A stretch of DNA of 64,000 nt from Nitrospinales bacterium (lineage in GTDB: Bacteria > Nitrospinota > Nitrospinia > Nitrospinales > VA-1). The notes under the pieces are model-generated. The model was not told where the DNA came from. It saw only the letters and a list, made by a program, of their open reading frames with translations, and made no database searches. Location of the stretch: assembly GCA_965223795.1 (NCBI GenBank), contig CBDCXL010000002.1:896001-960000 (forward strand), given 5' to 3'. Below, in pieces: positions 9,514 through 18,353 of this stretch (the first letter of the stretch is position 1; every line of letters begins with the position of its first letter). Both the position numbers and the translations under genes were made by a program.

Positions 9514-10935
9514 TTATTTTTGCGCGAAGCGGCGCAGGTAGTGGATCAACTGCCAGATTTCATCCTTTTTCAGGGTTTTCTTGAACGCGGTCATGCCGGT
9601 TCCGGCGGAGCCGTTCTGGATGATCCAGAACATCTGGCCGTCGGTGATTTGGTCCATCGTTTCCGCGCAGGCGAAGTTGCGCGGTTTTGGGGTGAGGCCG
9701 CCGCCGAGCGGACCGTTGCCGTCACCCGCCTTGCCGTGACACTGGGCGCAGGCGAGGGGCTTGGCGTTTTTCTGGTACAGCTTCTCTCCCGCCTTAATGT
9801 TCGCCGGCGTGGGTTTCAGCGGATTCTTTTTCGATGCCATGCTGGGCGGCGCGCTTTTGGTCTTGCGCGGCTGCGGGCACACGCCCGAGGCAGCGGCTTT
9901 CTTTCCGGGCACGGCCGCCACGTCCTCACCGCCTTTGAACGTGGTTTTGAGATGAGCGATGAGGTTGGCGATGTCCTGCATGGGAAGGGTCATCCCCCAG
10001 TCGGGCATCATGGAGGACTTGCCGACGCTCTTGCCGCCGTAGTAGATCACGTTGAACAGGTAATCCTCGGGCATCTGGTCGAACGCCATCTTCGCGTGCA
10101 CGGCGGGTTTGGGTTCCAGCCCCAGCGCGCCGGGCCCGTCGCCTTCTCCTTTCGCACCGTGACACTGCATGCAGTACTCCTTGTAAACCTGTGCGCCCTT
10201 TTCGGCGTCGACGTTCTGAAACGGCTGGCTCTTCCACGGCTCGTGGTATTGGAAATCGTCCACGCCCAGCGTCATGAGGTAGCCGATGATGTAACGCGCG
10301 CCCAGCGGGCTGAGGTCGGCCAGGTATTCGCCGCTGTGCGGCGTGAAGTCCTGCGGGTTTTCCGCGAAGCGGGACCACCAGTCGAGGGTGTAGCGGTTGC
10401 CCGCGTCGAACAGGTCGACGCTGATGGGACCGCCGATCAACTTGCCGTCCTCTTTAATCTGGTGGCAGCCCAGGCAGGAAAATTCCTTGTAAATGTCGGC
10501 GCCGAATTCCGCTTCCCTTTTGGTGAACGTGGACAGATCGACAAAACTTTTTTTGATGCGCGGATCGAGATAGGTTTTTTCAAAATGGTCGGCGACGTCG
10601 TTGGCGTCGGCCTCGCTCAGCACCGGGTGTTTGATCTGTTCCCGGGAACGATCCCAGCGGTAGCCGTTGGGGTACAGGTTCGCCTCCTTGCCGGTGAGCC
10701 AGCGGATGAGCCAGGGGCGCTGGTATTTGTTGCCGGCCCACATGAGGTCGGGACCCTCGAGTTCGAATTTCGATTTGGGTTCGCCGGTGAAACGGTGGCA
10801 GCTTGTGCACTGATTCTGCACGATGGTTTCGCCGGTGTCCGCGAACAGCGTTGCGGGAAGGGCGAATACGATCAGCAGCCCCAGCACGCCCACTCCTGCG
10901 CGAACGGTGGACAATAAAAACGATGGCTGATTCAT
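9514..10935 (-). CDS. Periplasmic tetraheme c-type cytochrome
   Basis: Signal peptide; four CxxCH motifs (CTSCH, CLGCH, CMQCH, CAQCH) in tandem class I-like domains; GGAGG RBS. Confidence 0.9.
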   Translation of the reverse strand: MNQPSFLLSTVRAGVGVLGLLIVFALPATLFADTGETIVQNQCTSCHRFTGEPKSKFELEGPDLMWAGNKYQRPWLIRWLTGKEANLYPNGYRWDRSREQIKHPVLSEADANDVADHFEKTYLDPRIKKSFVDLSTFTKREAEFGADIYKEFSCLGCHQIKEDGKLIGGPISVDLFDAGNRYTLDWWSRFAENPQDFTPHSGEYLADLSPLGARYIIGYLMTLGVDDFQYHEPWKSQPFQNVDAEKGAQVYKEYCMQCHGAKGEGDGPGALGLEPKPAVHAKMAFDQMPEDYLFNVIYYGGKSVGKSSMMPDWGMTLPMQDIANLIAHLKTTFKGGEDVAAVPGKKAAASGVCPQPRKTKSAPPSMASKKNPLKPTPANIKAGEKLYQKNAKPLACAQCHGKAGDGNGPLGGGLTPKPRNFACAETMDQITDGQMFWIIQNGSAGTGMTAFKKTLKKDEIWQLIHYLRRFAQK

Positions 10936-11021
10936 TGCAAGCCTCCTGAATGTTGGAACGCCTGGATGCGGCGCACAAGAATGAAACGAAAATCCGGTCG
11001 GGAATCGGGTCGGGCGGCGGC

Positions 11022-11221
11022 AAAATAAAAAGGCGCCGCTGGGCTCGCCTGCTAAGGGAGTCCCCCTTGCGGGGGATTTATTCCGAGCCCAGCAGGCACC
11101 CCAATTTCATCGGCGGGAAACCAAGCTGGATGGTATTGATTCCCCTCAGCTTATCCCGTTTGCCCGCGATCGTTCAACCGAAAAACGGAAGCGGGGGCGC
11201 CCTGAATGCACCTTCCCGCCG
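11022..11221 (-). ncRNA. Candidate structured RNA leader/attenuator (unassigned)
   Basis: Multi-stem domain closed by CGGCGGGAA/TTCCCGCCG, then a long hairpin with a GCAA tetraloop and a U-rich tail; G-U pairs favour the minus strand. Confidence 0.45.
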
Positions 11222-11328
11222 CTTAACTCCTAATAAACAAGGCGTCCGGGGCAGGCCGCCGATTCCGTCACGCCGGTTCACTCGCCCAACGGGGTGAGGT
11301 GCCCGGCGGCCCGCCTCACGCTGTCGCC

Positions 11329-11871
11329 TTATTTGTCCACCTTGCCGTGCATGGCCTCCCAGTGGCCGACGGACTGGGCGATGCTCACGCTCCCGTCGGG
11401 AATCGGTGCGTCGTGCGGCCACAGGTGGAAAATGATCCCGTCGGTCTTGCCGACGTACTCCGCCAGGGCTTTCTGCTCCTTGGGATCGGAGGGATGGTGG
11501 ATGGCGACGCGGCCGGTGGCGATCTCCTCTTCATGGTCGTGCCAGTTCATCTTGTGCGACCATTCGGGAATGACCTTGCGCGCCAGCTTCTTCGACACCA
11601 TGTATTCCACTTCGGTCATGCGCGCGTTCGGCTCGGTGGACTCGAACAGGATGCACTGGATGATGTCCTCGTTGATGGGCTTGCAGTAATGATGAAAGGG
11701 CCCCACCACTTCCCCGTTCATCACATGCGGGGCGGAAACGTGGATGGTGTAGCCGTCCAGCGGGCTCGGCGGCGCTTTGTCTCCGGCGCTGACCTGTCCG
11801 ACGGCGCACTCGGTGAGGATCAGTACCGCAAACAACCCGAGAATCTTTTTTCTGTTTTTCATGTCGCACAC
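11329..11871 (-). CDS. Secreted DUF1264/OBAP-family protein
   Basis: HHYCK...QC.LF......ARM..VEY, WHDH, HLW motifs; signal peptide; true start may be the MKNRKK ATG at 11862. Confidence 0.75.
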   Translation of the reverse strand: MCDMKNRKKILGLFAVLILTECAVGQVSAGDKAPPSPLDGYTIHVSAPHVMNGEVVGPFHHYCKPINEDIIQCILFESTEPNARMTEVEYMVSKKLARKVIPEWSHKMNWHDHEEEIATGRVAIHHPSDPKEQKALAEYVGKTDGIIFHLWPHDAPIPDGSVSIAQSVGHWEAMHGKVDK

Positions 11872-12067
11872 TCCTGATCAATGATCGTTTATCGTTATCC
11901 GCGCTCAGGACCTCACGGTCCCGCACGGAAGGATTCAACTCCGCTCAAGGATAGAAGGCGCGCGCCCGGCAAACCATCCCGCGGTTCACCAACCTGGGCT
12001 GACGGTTGTTCGAAATGCGTGTGGCCGGATTACTACAAGGCGGTGGATTGAGGGAAAAGCCGGCAAT

Positions 12068-12706
12068 TCAGCTGATGAGGCCGTTTTTCAGGGCGTAATA
12101 GGTGAGGTCGGCGTTGGTTTCCATGCTCATTTTTTCGAGGATGCGGGAGCGGTGGGTGCTCACGGTGTTGACGCTGAGCGAAAGCTCCTTGGCGATGGTC
12201 TTTAAGCGCTTGCCGGAGGCCAGCATGAAGAACACCTGGAACTCGCGGTCGGACAGGGATTCGTGCAGGGGTTTGGAGGCGTCCTTGCCGAGGTCCGACA
12301 CGAGGATGTTCGCCAGGTTGGGGCTAATGAACTTGCCGCCGTTGTGCACCACCTTCACCGCTTCCACCATCTTGTCGGGGGCGCTGGTCTTGGTGAGGTA
12401 GCCGGAAGCGCCGGCTTTCATGAAGCGCAGGCCGTAATGCTCTTCGGGAAAGATGCTCAGAATGATCACCGGCAGCTTGGGACGCAGGGCCTTGAGTTCG
12501 AGCAGAACGTCCAGCCCGTTTTTTTCCGGCATGTCGTAATCCATGAGCAGCACGTCCACCTTGAGACCCTGCAGCTGCTTGAGGACGTCGCGGCCGTCCC
12601 CCGCTTCGCCCACCACTTCGACGTCGGGCGCGTCGCTCAGAATCTGCTTGAGCCCCTGGCGCACGACGGCGTGGTCGTCTGCGATGAACACCCGGATGCC
12701 GGTCAT
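12068..12706 (-). CDS. NarL/FixJ-family (REC + LuxR HTH) response regulator
   Basis: IADDHAVVRQGL, GASGYLTK, LSDREFQV...TVSTHRSRILEKM. Confidence 0.95.
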   Translation of the reverse strand: MTGIRVFIADDHAVVRQGLKQILSDAPDVEVVGEAGDGRDVLKQLQGLKVDVLLMDYDMPEKNGLDVLLELKALRPKLPVIILSIFPEEHYGLRFMKAGASGYLTKTSAPDKMVEAVKVVHNGGKFISPNLANILVSDLGKDASKPLHESLSDREFQVFFMLASGKRLKTIAKELSLSVNTVSTHRSRILEKMSMETNADLTYYALKNGLIS

Positions 12707-12719
12707 GGATCGTTCGTCC

Positions 12720-14126
12720 TCATGATCGCTGTGTGGTTTCTTCTTCGGGCAGCGCGATCTCCACCCTCACGGTGGTGCCCGCGCCGGGCTTGCCCTGAAT
12801 GCTCAGGGTTCCGTCCCAGGGCAGCAGCCGTTCACGAATCCCCAAAAGGCCGAGGGACTTGGGGTCTTTTATTTTGCCGGGGTCGATGCCGCGGCCGTTG
12901 TCCGCCACTTCGAGTGTGAGACCGGATTTTGTGCGGCTCAGGCTGACGCGCACCTTGTCCGCTTGCGCGTGCCGCACGATGTTGGTGAGCGCTTCCTGAA
13001 AGATACGGAACAGGGTGGTGGCCAGGTTCGTGTCCAGCTGCACGCCCGGCTGCAGGCAGTTGAGATCGAAACGGATTCCGGCACGCCGGTGGGTTTCCTC
13101 CGCCTGCCAGGCGATGGCGTCGCAGATGCCGAACGCGTCGAGGATCGGCGGGCGCAGCTCGGTGGAGATGCGCTGCACCGCCTGCACGGTGGTGTCGATC
13201 AATCGCTTCATCGACTCGGTTTTCTCGCCGGGGAAACCGGGAATGCCGCCGTATTTTTTTTCCAGATACGCCACTTCCATCTTGAGCGCGGTGAGCGACT
13301 GCCCCAGCTCGTCGTGCACCTGACGGGCGATGCGGCTTTTCTCCTCCTCGCGGATGTTCTGCAGGCGGCGGTTCAGTTCGCGCAACTGCTGGCGGATCTG
13401 CTTCAGTTTCGATTCGGTGTGCTTGCGGACCTGGATCTCGTCTTTCAACTGCTCATTGGCCGCGGTCAGATCCTGCGTCCGCTGGGCGACCAGTTCTTCC
13501 AGGTGATCGCGGTAGGTCACCAGTTCCGCTTCCACTTTTCTGCGTTCGCCGACCTCCCGCTTGAGCGCTTCGTTGCTGGACTTGAGCTTCTCCTCCTGGC
13601 GGCTGCGCTGGATGGCGTCGCCGATCAGGCCGCCGATGGAGAGCAGCACCTCGCGGCTGTGGGTGTACCAGGACGGATCGGTGTCGGTGTAAAGAAACAT
13701 CACGCCGACCAGCTTGTTCTGGCTTTTGAGCGGCACGATGTAATGCCCGTGCGGAGTCATGCCGTCGTATTTTCTTTCGTGGCGCGGATCGGCGAAGCAG
13801 CTGTTGCTCATCAGGATCTCTCCCGACGCGGCGACGCGCCCGCACAGGCAATCGCCGAAGGGGACCTCTTTCTCTCCGTGCAGAAACTCATCGGTGAACT
13901 GCCCGATGGTCGAATACAGATGCAGGGTTTGCGTTTTCTCATCGGCAAGGAAGATGCCGGCTTTTTTCTCGACGCGGAGATCGTGAAAGCGGGTGATCAC
14001 CTGCATGACGCGCTCGAGCCGGTCCTGAACGCCGCCATCGGACTGCAGCACCTGGGCGACTTCGTGGAGCACCTTGTACTCCTCGGTCATGCGGCTTTCG
14101 GCATTTCGGGTTTCGGGCACTGTCAT
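12720..14126 (-). CDS. Cytoplasmic GAF-domain histidine kinase (HisKA_3 type)
   Basis: GAF with CLCG motif; coiled coil; RIARQVHDELGQSLT, FRIFQEALTNIVRHA, DNGRG; no transmembrane segment. Confidence 0.92.
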   Translation of the reverse strand: MTVPETRNAESRMTEEYKVLHEVAQVLQSDGGVQDRLERVMQVITRFHDLRVEKKAGIFLADEKTQTLHLYSTIGQFTDEFLHGEKEVPFGDCLCGRVAASGEILMSNSCFADPRHERKYDGMTPHGHYIVPLKSQNKLVGVMFLYTDTDPSWYTHSREVLLSIGGLIGDAIQRSRQEEKLKSSNEALKREVGERRKVEAELVTYRDHLEELVAQRTQDLTAANEQLKDEIQVRKHTESKLKQIRQQLRELNRRLQNIREEEKSRIARQVHDELGQSLTALKMEVAYLEKKYGGIPGFPGEKTESMKRLIDTTVQAVQRISTELRPPILDAFGICDAIAWQAEETHRRAGIRFDLNCLQPGVQLDTNLATTLFRIFQEALTNIVRHAQADKVRVSLSRTKSGLTLEVADNGRGIDPGKIKDPKSLGLLGIRERLLPWDGTLSIQGKPGAGTTVRVEIALPEEETTQRS

Positions 14127-14417
14127 GAATCGTTTCCGGATCTTTGCATCATCCGGACATTATACACCGGCCGGCTGCCGGAGGTCCGGAGCGGTCCCCG
14201 ATCGCCCTGACAAAAGGGGCTCCATCTGCATGCGGGAAGCGCGCCTCTTTCAAGTTTGGCTGGAGTGCAGGCGACCGTTGCCAATTGACCGTAAATCTCA
14301 TAAAATAATAAGTACTTAGCTCTTGAATCGTCCCTGTGCGGGGGGCCCGAATCCGGTGAAAAACGGGTTCCTGCTCCACCCTCGGCGCAGGACCCAGATT
14401 GCGAGAACCGATCCGAC

Positions 14418-15161
14418 ATGCCGGCCGACTCTCTCCCGCTCACTCTCGAACAGGAAACCAGGGGCTACCGTTATTCCCTGGAACCGTTTCTGATCGCGGA
14501 TTTTATCAGGACGGCGCCGGGCCTGCGCCTGCTCGACGTGGGCACCGGGTGCTGCGTGATTCCCCTGCTGCTGCTCAGGCGGCAGGCGGAGCTTATGATC
14601 ACGGCGATCGAGATCCAGCCCTCGCTGCACGATCTCGCGGTCCGCAATGTGCAAAAAAACGCCGCCGGCGGCAACATCCGGGTGGTCCTGGGAGACTTTC
14701 TCAACGCAGGCGGCGCGCTTGGAGACACGCGTTACGATGCGGTGCTGTCGAATCCGCCGTTCCGGAAACACCGCAGCGGCCGGGTCAACCCGAACGCGGA
14801 AAAAGCCATCGCGCGGCACGAGATCGCGCTCGACCTCGAATCGCTGGTGGAGCAAAGCGCGGCGCGGCTCAAGCCGGGCGGCAGACTCGTCCTCGCCTAC
14901 CCGACCGAACGGCTGAACGAGGTGCTCGACGCCCTGCGGCGGCACGGGCTTCCCCCCACCCGGCTGCGTCACGTTCACGGAAACAGGCAGGCGGAAGCAA
15001 AAATTTTCATCGTCGAAGGCACGCTGGGGCCGGAGCGCGACTGCGTGATGGAACCGCCTCTGTTCGTCTACAACCCGGATGGAACCTACACCGAGGAGAT
15101 GGAACGCATCTATGCATCCTTTGATCATCATCACCGGACCGACGACCTCGGGAAAAAGTGA
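14418..15161 (+). CDS. tRNA1(Val) adenine(37)-N6-methyltransferase-like
   Basis: Q...GYRYS.E, LDVGTG SAM motif, SNPPF, ARHEI family signature. Confidence 0.8.
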   Translation: MPADSLPLTLEQETRGYRYSLEPFLIADFIRTAPGLRLLDVGTGCCVIPLLLLRRQAELMITAIEIQPSLHDLAVRNVQKNAAGGNIRVVLGDFLNAGGALGDTRYDAVLSNPPFRKHRSGRVNPNAEKAIARHEIALDLESLVEQSAARLKPGGRLVLAYPTERLNEVLDALRRHGLPPTRLRHVHGNRQAEAKIFIVEGTLGPERDCVMEPPLFVYNPDGTYTEEMERIYASFDHHHRTDDLGKK

Positions 15162-18100
15162 CGCGGCAATCGCGCTGGCGCAGAAGCTCGATTCGGAAAT
15201 CGTCAACGCCGATTCGATGCAGGTGTACCGGTATTTCGACATCGGCACGGCCAAGCCTTCCGCCGCGGCGCGCCGACAGGTGACGCATCATCTGATCGAC
15301 ATCCTGGAACCGGAAGACGCGTTCAACGCTTTCGACTTCAAGGTGCGCGCGCTGGCGCACATCCGCGATCTGATCGGCCGCGACAAGCCCCCCATCCTGT
15401 CGGGCGGCACCGGCCTGTACCTCAAGGTGCTGATGCAGGACTTCGACTGCGCGGTGGAAGTCTCCCCCGCCATCAAACAGGAACTGGAAGAAGAGATGCA
15501 GCGTCTGGGCGTGGAAGCGCTGCACGCGGCGCTCAACCAGGTCGATCCCGCCTACGCGGCGCGGATCGAAACGACGGACACGCTGCGCGTCCGCCGCGCG
15601 CTGGGCGTGTACCGCGAGACCGGCAAGCCGCTGTCCGAACACCACGACGCCGACGCGTCCACGCCGTACGAATTTCCCATTCACCTGTTCATCCTGCAAT
15701 GGGAGCGGCAGGCGCTGTACGACAACATCGACAGGCGGGTGGACGCGATGATCGATATGGGTCTGGTCGGGGAGGTGCGGGAACTGCTCGAACGGGGTGT
15801 GCCCGCCTCCGCGAAACCCATGCAGAGCATCGGCTACGCGCAGATCGTCCGTCACCTTGAAGGAACGCTCTCTCTGGAGCAGGCGGTGCACGAAATCAAA
15901 CGGGAAACGCGGCATTACGCCAAGCGCCAGTTGACCTGGTTCAAAAAAGTTCCCGACGGCATCCCCATCGAAGTGAACGGCGCGGACAGCGCGGACTCGC
16001 TGCGGGACAAAATCCTGTCCTGGCTGCCGCAATGCGCGGCCTTCTGTCTTTTTCTGCTGCTTGCGTTCGCCCTGCCCGGCGGCGCGTTGGCGGATTCGGA
16101 TTTCAAGCAGGGGCTCGACCGCTATCTCAAAGGGCACGCCGTCGAGGCGGAAAACCGTTTCCGCGCCGTTGCCGACGCCGGCGCGAATGCCGAGGATGCG
16201 AAACGCTCGCTGTATCTGCTCGGCAGGATCTATCAGGAGAAAAACGAATTCGCCAAGGCGATCGAATTTTACAACCGGGCGCTCAAACGCTACGACCTGA
16301 TCGAGGACCACATCCGCCTCTCCCTGGCGCGAGCCCACCACTCTGCCGGACAATACGAAAAAGCGCTGGAGCAGGCCGAGCTTTTGACTTCGAAATTTTC
16401 CCGCTCGATGACGTGGCCCGAGGCCATGCTGCTCAAAGGACAGGTGCTCATCCACCTGAGCCGGTTCGAGGAAGCCCTTGCGGTGTTGCAGGATGCCGAA
16501 CAAACCGTGTCGCGGCAGTCGTTTTTTGCTGATTTCCGCACGCTGCTGCCGGAAATCATTCATCAGCAGGCGGGCCTGAAAAAACAGTCGGGCAAACTCG
16601 ACGACGCCTACACGCTCTACCGCAAGCTGTATGTGCATTACCCCGCGCATCCCTTGACGCTGGAATCGCTGGAGGAAATCCAGCGCCTCAGCGCACTGCC
16701 GGAGATCACGCCGGTTCCGCTGGATGTGCACGAACGTTCGACCCGCATCGAAGGCCTGCTGGAAAAAGTACGCTACCAGCAGGCGATCGAGGAAATCCGC
16801 GCGATGGAAGCGGAATCCACCTTTCTGGAAAGCAATTTTTATTTCCAGCTCGCCCGCGCCCACCGGGGATTGCGCGACCGCGTGCAGGCCAACCGGGCAC
16901 TGAAAAAATACCTCAAGCACTACCCCAGACACCGGCGCACCCACGAGGCGCATTACAACATCGGCCGCAACCTGTGGAACCTGGGTGAAGACGAGGCCGC
17001 CGTGCGCGAGCTGAAAAAAATACTGGGACCGGGCAAAAAATCCGACATCGCGCTCAAGGCCCGGTTCGTGATCGGCAAAATCCACGAAGGCCGCAAGCAG
17101 TACGACACGGCGCTGAAGGCCTACCGCAGGCTGGTGAAAATCTACGGCGATGAGGATTATGCCCAATGGGGCGCGTGGCGCATCGGCTGGATCCACTACC
17201 TGAGGGGGCATTACGATAAGGCCGCCAACCAGTTCGGGCAAAACGTCCGCCGTTACCGGGACGGGCTGTTCGCCGAGAACAACCTGTTCTGGCAGGCCAA
17301 GGCGCTGGAGAAACGCAAGCGCAACGAACGCGCCCGCACCCTTTACGCCAGGACCGCCGCCGACTACCCGTACACGTATTACGGCATCCGCTCCAAAGAG
17401 CGGCTGAACGGGGAAACCGCTGCATCGGTGAAAACCAAGGCCGAGGCGTTCGAGGTGCGGACGGTCGCGTTTACCGCCGATGAGGAGACCGCCGTCACCC
17501 TCAAACGGAAATTGTCGGCGGATGAGTCGCACCATCGCGCCCGGGCGCTGGAACTGACCGCCGTGGGCCAGTTCCAGTCCGCCGTGTTTGAGATCCGCCA
17601 GCTGGAGCGGACGGTGCGCAAGAACCTGAACGGCGTGATGTGGCTTTCGGACCTGTATGTGCGCGCCCGCAGCTATTCGGATTCGGTGCGGCTTCTGCAC
17701 CTGTATCTGGATTTCATCGCACGGACGAAGGAAAAGGATCTGTCCCGGACGTTCTGGAAGAATTTTTTTCCGCTCGCGTACGCGGAACTGATCGACACGC
17801 ACGCGGGCGATTACAAAATCGATCCGTTTCTGGTCAAGGGGCTGATCCGGCAGGAAAGCCTGTTCGACACGCAATCGCTGTCGCCGGCGGGCGCGCGCGG
17901 ACTGATGCAGCTGATGCCGGAAACGGGGAAGCGCCTGTATTCGGCGCAGCCGGGCGGCAGGCCGTTCGACAAGGAAATCCTGCACGACCCGGAAATCAAC
18001 ATCGAGCTTGGAGTCAAATACATCGGCCAGCTGCAGAAAAAATTCGGCAAGCACGGGCCGCACGTGCTCATCTCCTACAACGCCGGTCCGCATGTCCTCA

Positions 18101-18252
18101 AAAAATGGCTCAAACGCTTCCGTCACATCGAAGATCCGGATGTGTTCATCGAATCCATCCCTTATCCGGAAACGCGAAAATACGTGAAGCACGTGCTGAG
18201 AAACCACGGCATCTACCAGGTGCTGTACCCGCAAAAATCCACCAACGAATAG
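15112..18252 (+). CDS. miaA: MiaA tRNA dimethylallyltransferase fused to a TPR-repeat soluble lytic transglycosylase
   Basis: N-terminal half: GPTTSGKS, ADSMQVY, DIGTAKP, GGTGLY, TRHYAKRQLTWF. Then a hydrophobic segment, TPR-like repeats and SLT motifs IRQES, GARGLMQLMP, SYNAGP, ETRKYV. No stop codon in frame. Confidence 0.85.
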   Translation: MHPLIIITGPTTSGKSDAAIALAQKLDSEIVNADSMQVYRYFDIGTAKPSAAARRQVTHHLIDILEPEDAFNAFDFKVRALAHIRDLIGRDKPPILSGGTGLYLKVLMQDFDCAVEVSPAIKQELEEEMQRLGVEALHAALNQVDPAYAARIETTDTLRVRRALGVYRETGKPLSEHHDADASTPYEFPIHLFILQWERQALYDNIDRRVDAMIDMGLVGEVRELLERGVPASAKPMQSIGYAQIVRHLEGTLSLEQAVHEIKRETRHYAKRQLTWFKKVPDGIPIEVNGADSADSLRDKILSWLPQCAAFCLFLLLAFALPGGALADSDFKQGLDRYLKGHAVEAENRFRAVADAGANAEDAKRSLYLLGRIYQEKNEFAKAIEFYNRALKRYDLIEDHIRLSLARAHHSAGQYEKALEQAELLTSKFSRSMTWPEAMLLKGQVLIHLSRFEEALAVLQDAEQTVSRQSFFADFRTLLPEIIHQQAGLKKQSGKLDDAYTLYRKLYVHYPAHPLTLESLEEIQRLSALPEITPVPLDVHERSTRIEGLLEKVRYQQAIEEIRAMEAESTFLESNFYFQLARAHRGLRDRVQANRALKKYLKHYPRHRRTHEAHYNIGRNLWNLGEDEAAVRELKKILGPGKKSDIALKARFVIGKIHEGRKQYDTALKAYRRLVKIYGDEDYAQWGAWRIGWIHYLRGHYDKAANQFGQNVRRYRDGLFAENNLFWQAKALEKRKRNERARTLYARTAADYPYTYYGIRSKERLNGETAASVKTKAEAFEVRTVAFTADEETAVTLKRKLSADESHHRARALELTAVGQFQSAVFEIRQLERTVRKNLNGVMWLSDLYVRARSYSDSVRLLHLYLDFIARTKEKDLSRTFWKNFFPLAYAELIDTHAGDYKIDPFLVKGLIRQESLFDTQSLSPAGARGLMQLMPETGKRLYSAQPGGRPFDKEILHDPEINIELGVKYIGQLQKKFGKHGPHVLISYNAGPHVLKKWLKRFRHIEDPDVFIESIPYPETRKYVKHVLRNHGIYQVLYPQKSTNE

Positions 18253-18353
18253 CGCCCGCTCCACCCCGCCGCCCGCAAGCTCCGGATCTGCCTGATTTTA
18301 CTTGGACACGCCCGGTTTGCGGTTATAATGGGGCTTTTATTTTTTCCAATATT

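Noticed and set aside
11180..11225. Cobalamin riboswitch (GGGAA-GGTG...CCCCCGC resemblance)
   Set aside because: The hairpin after GGGAA, the GCAACTGT segment and the downstream B12 box are missing; kept only as an unassigned structured RNA.
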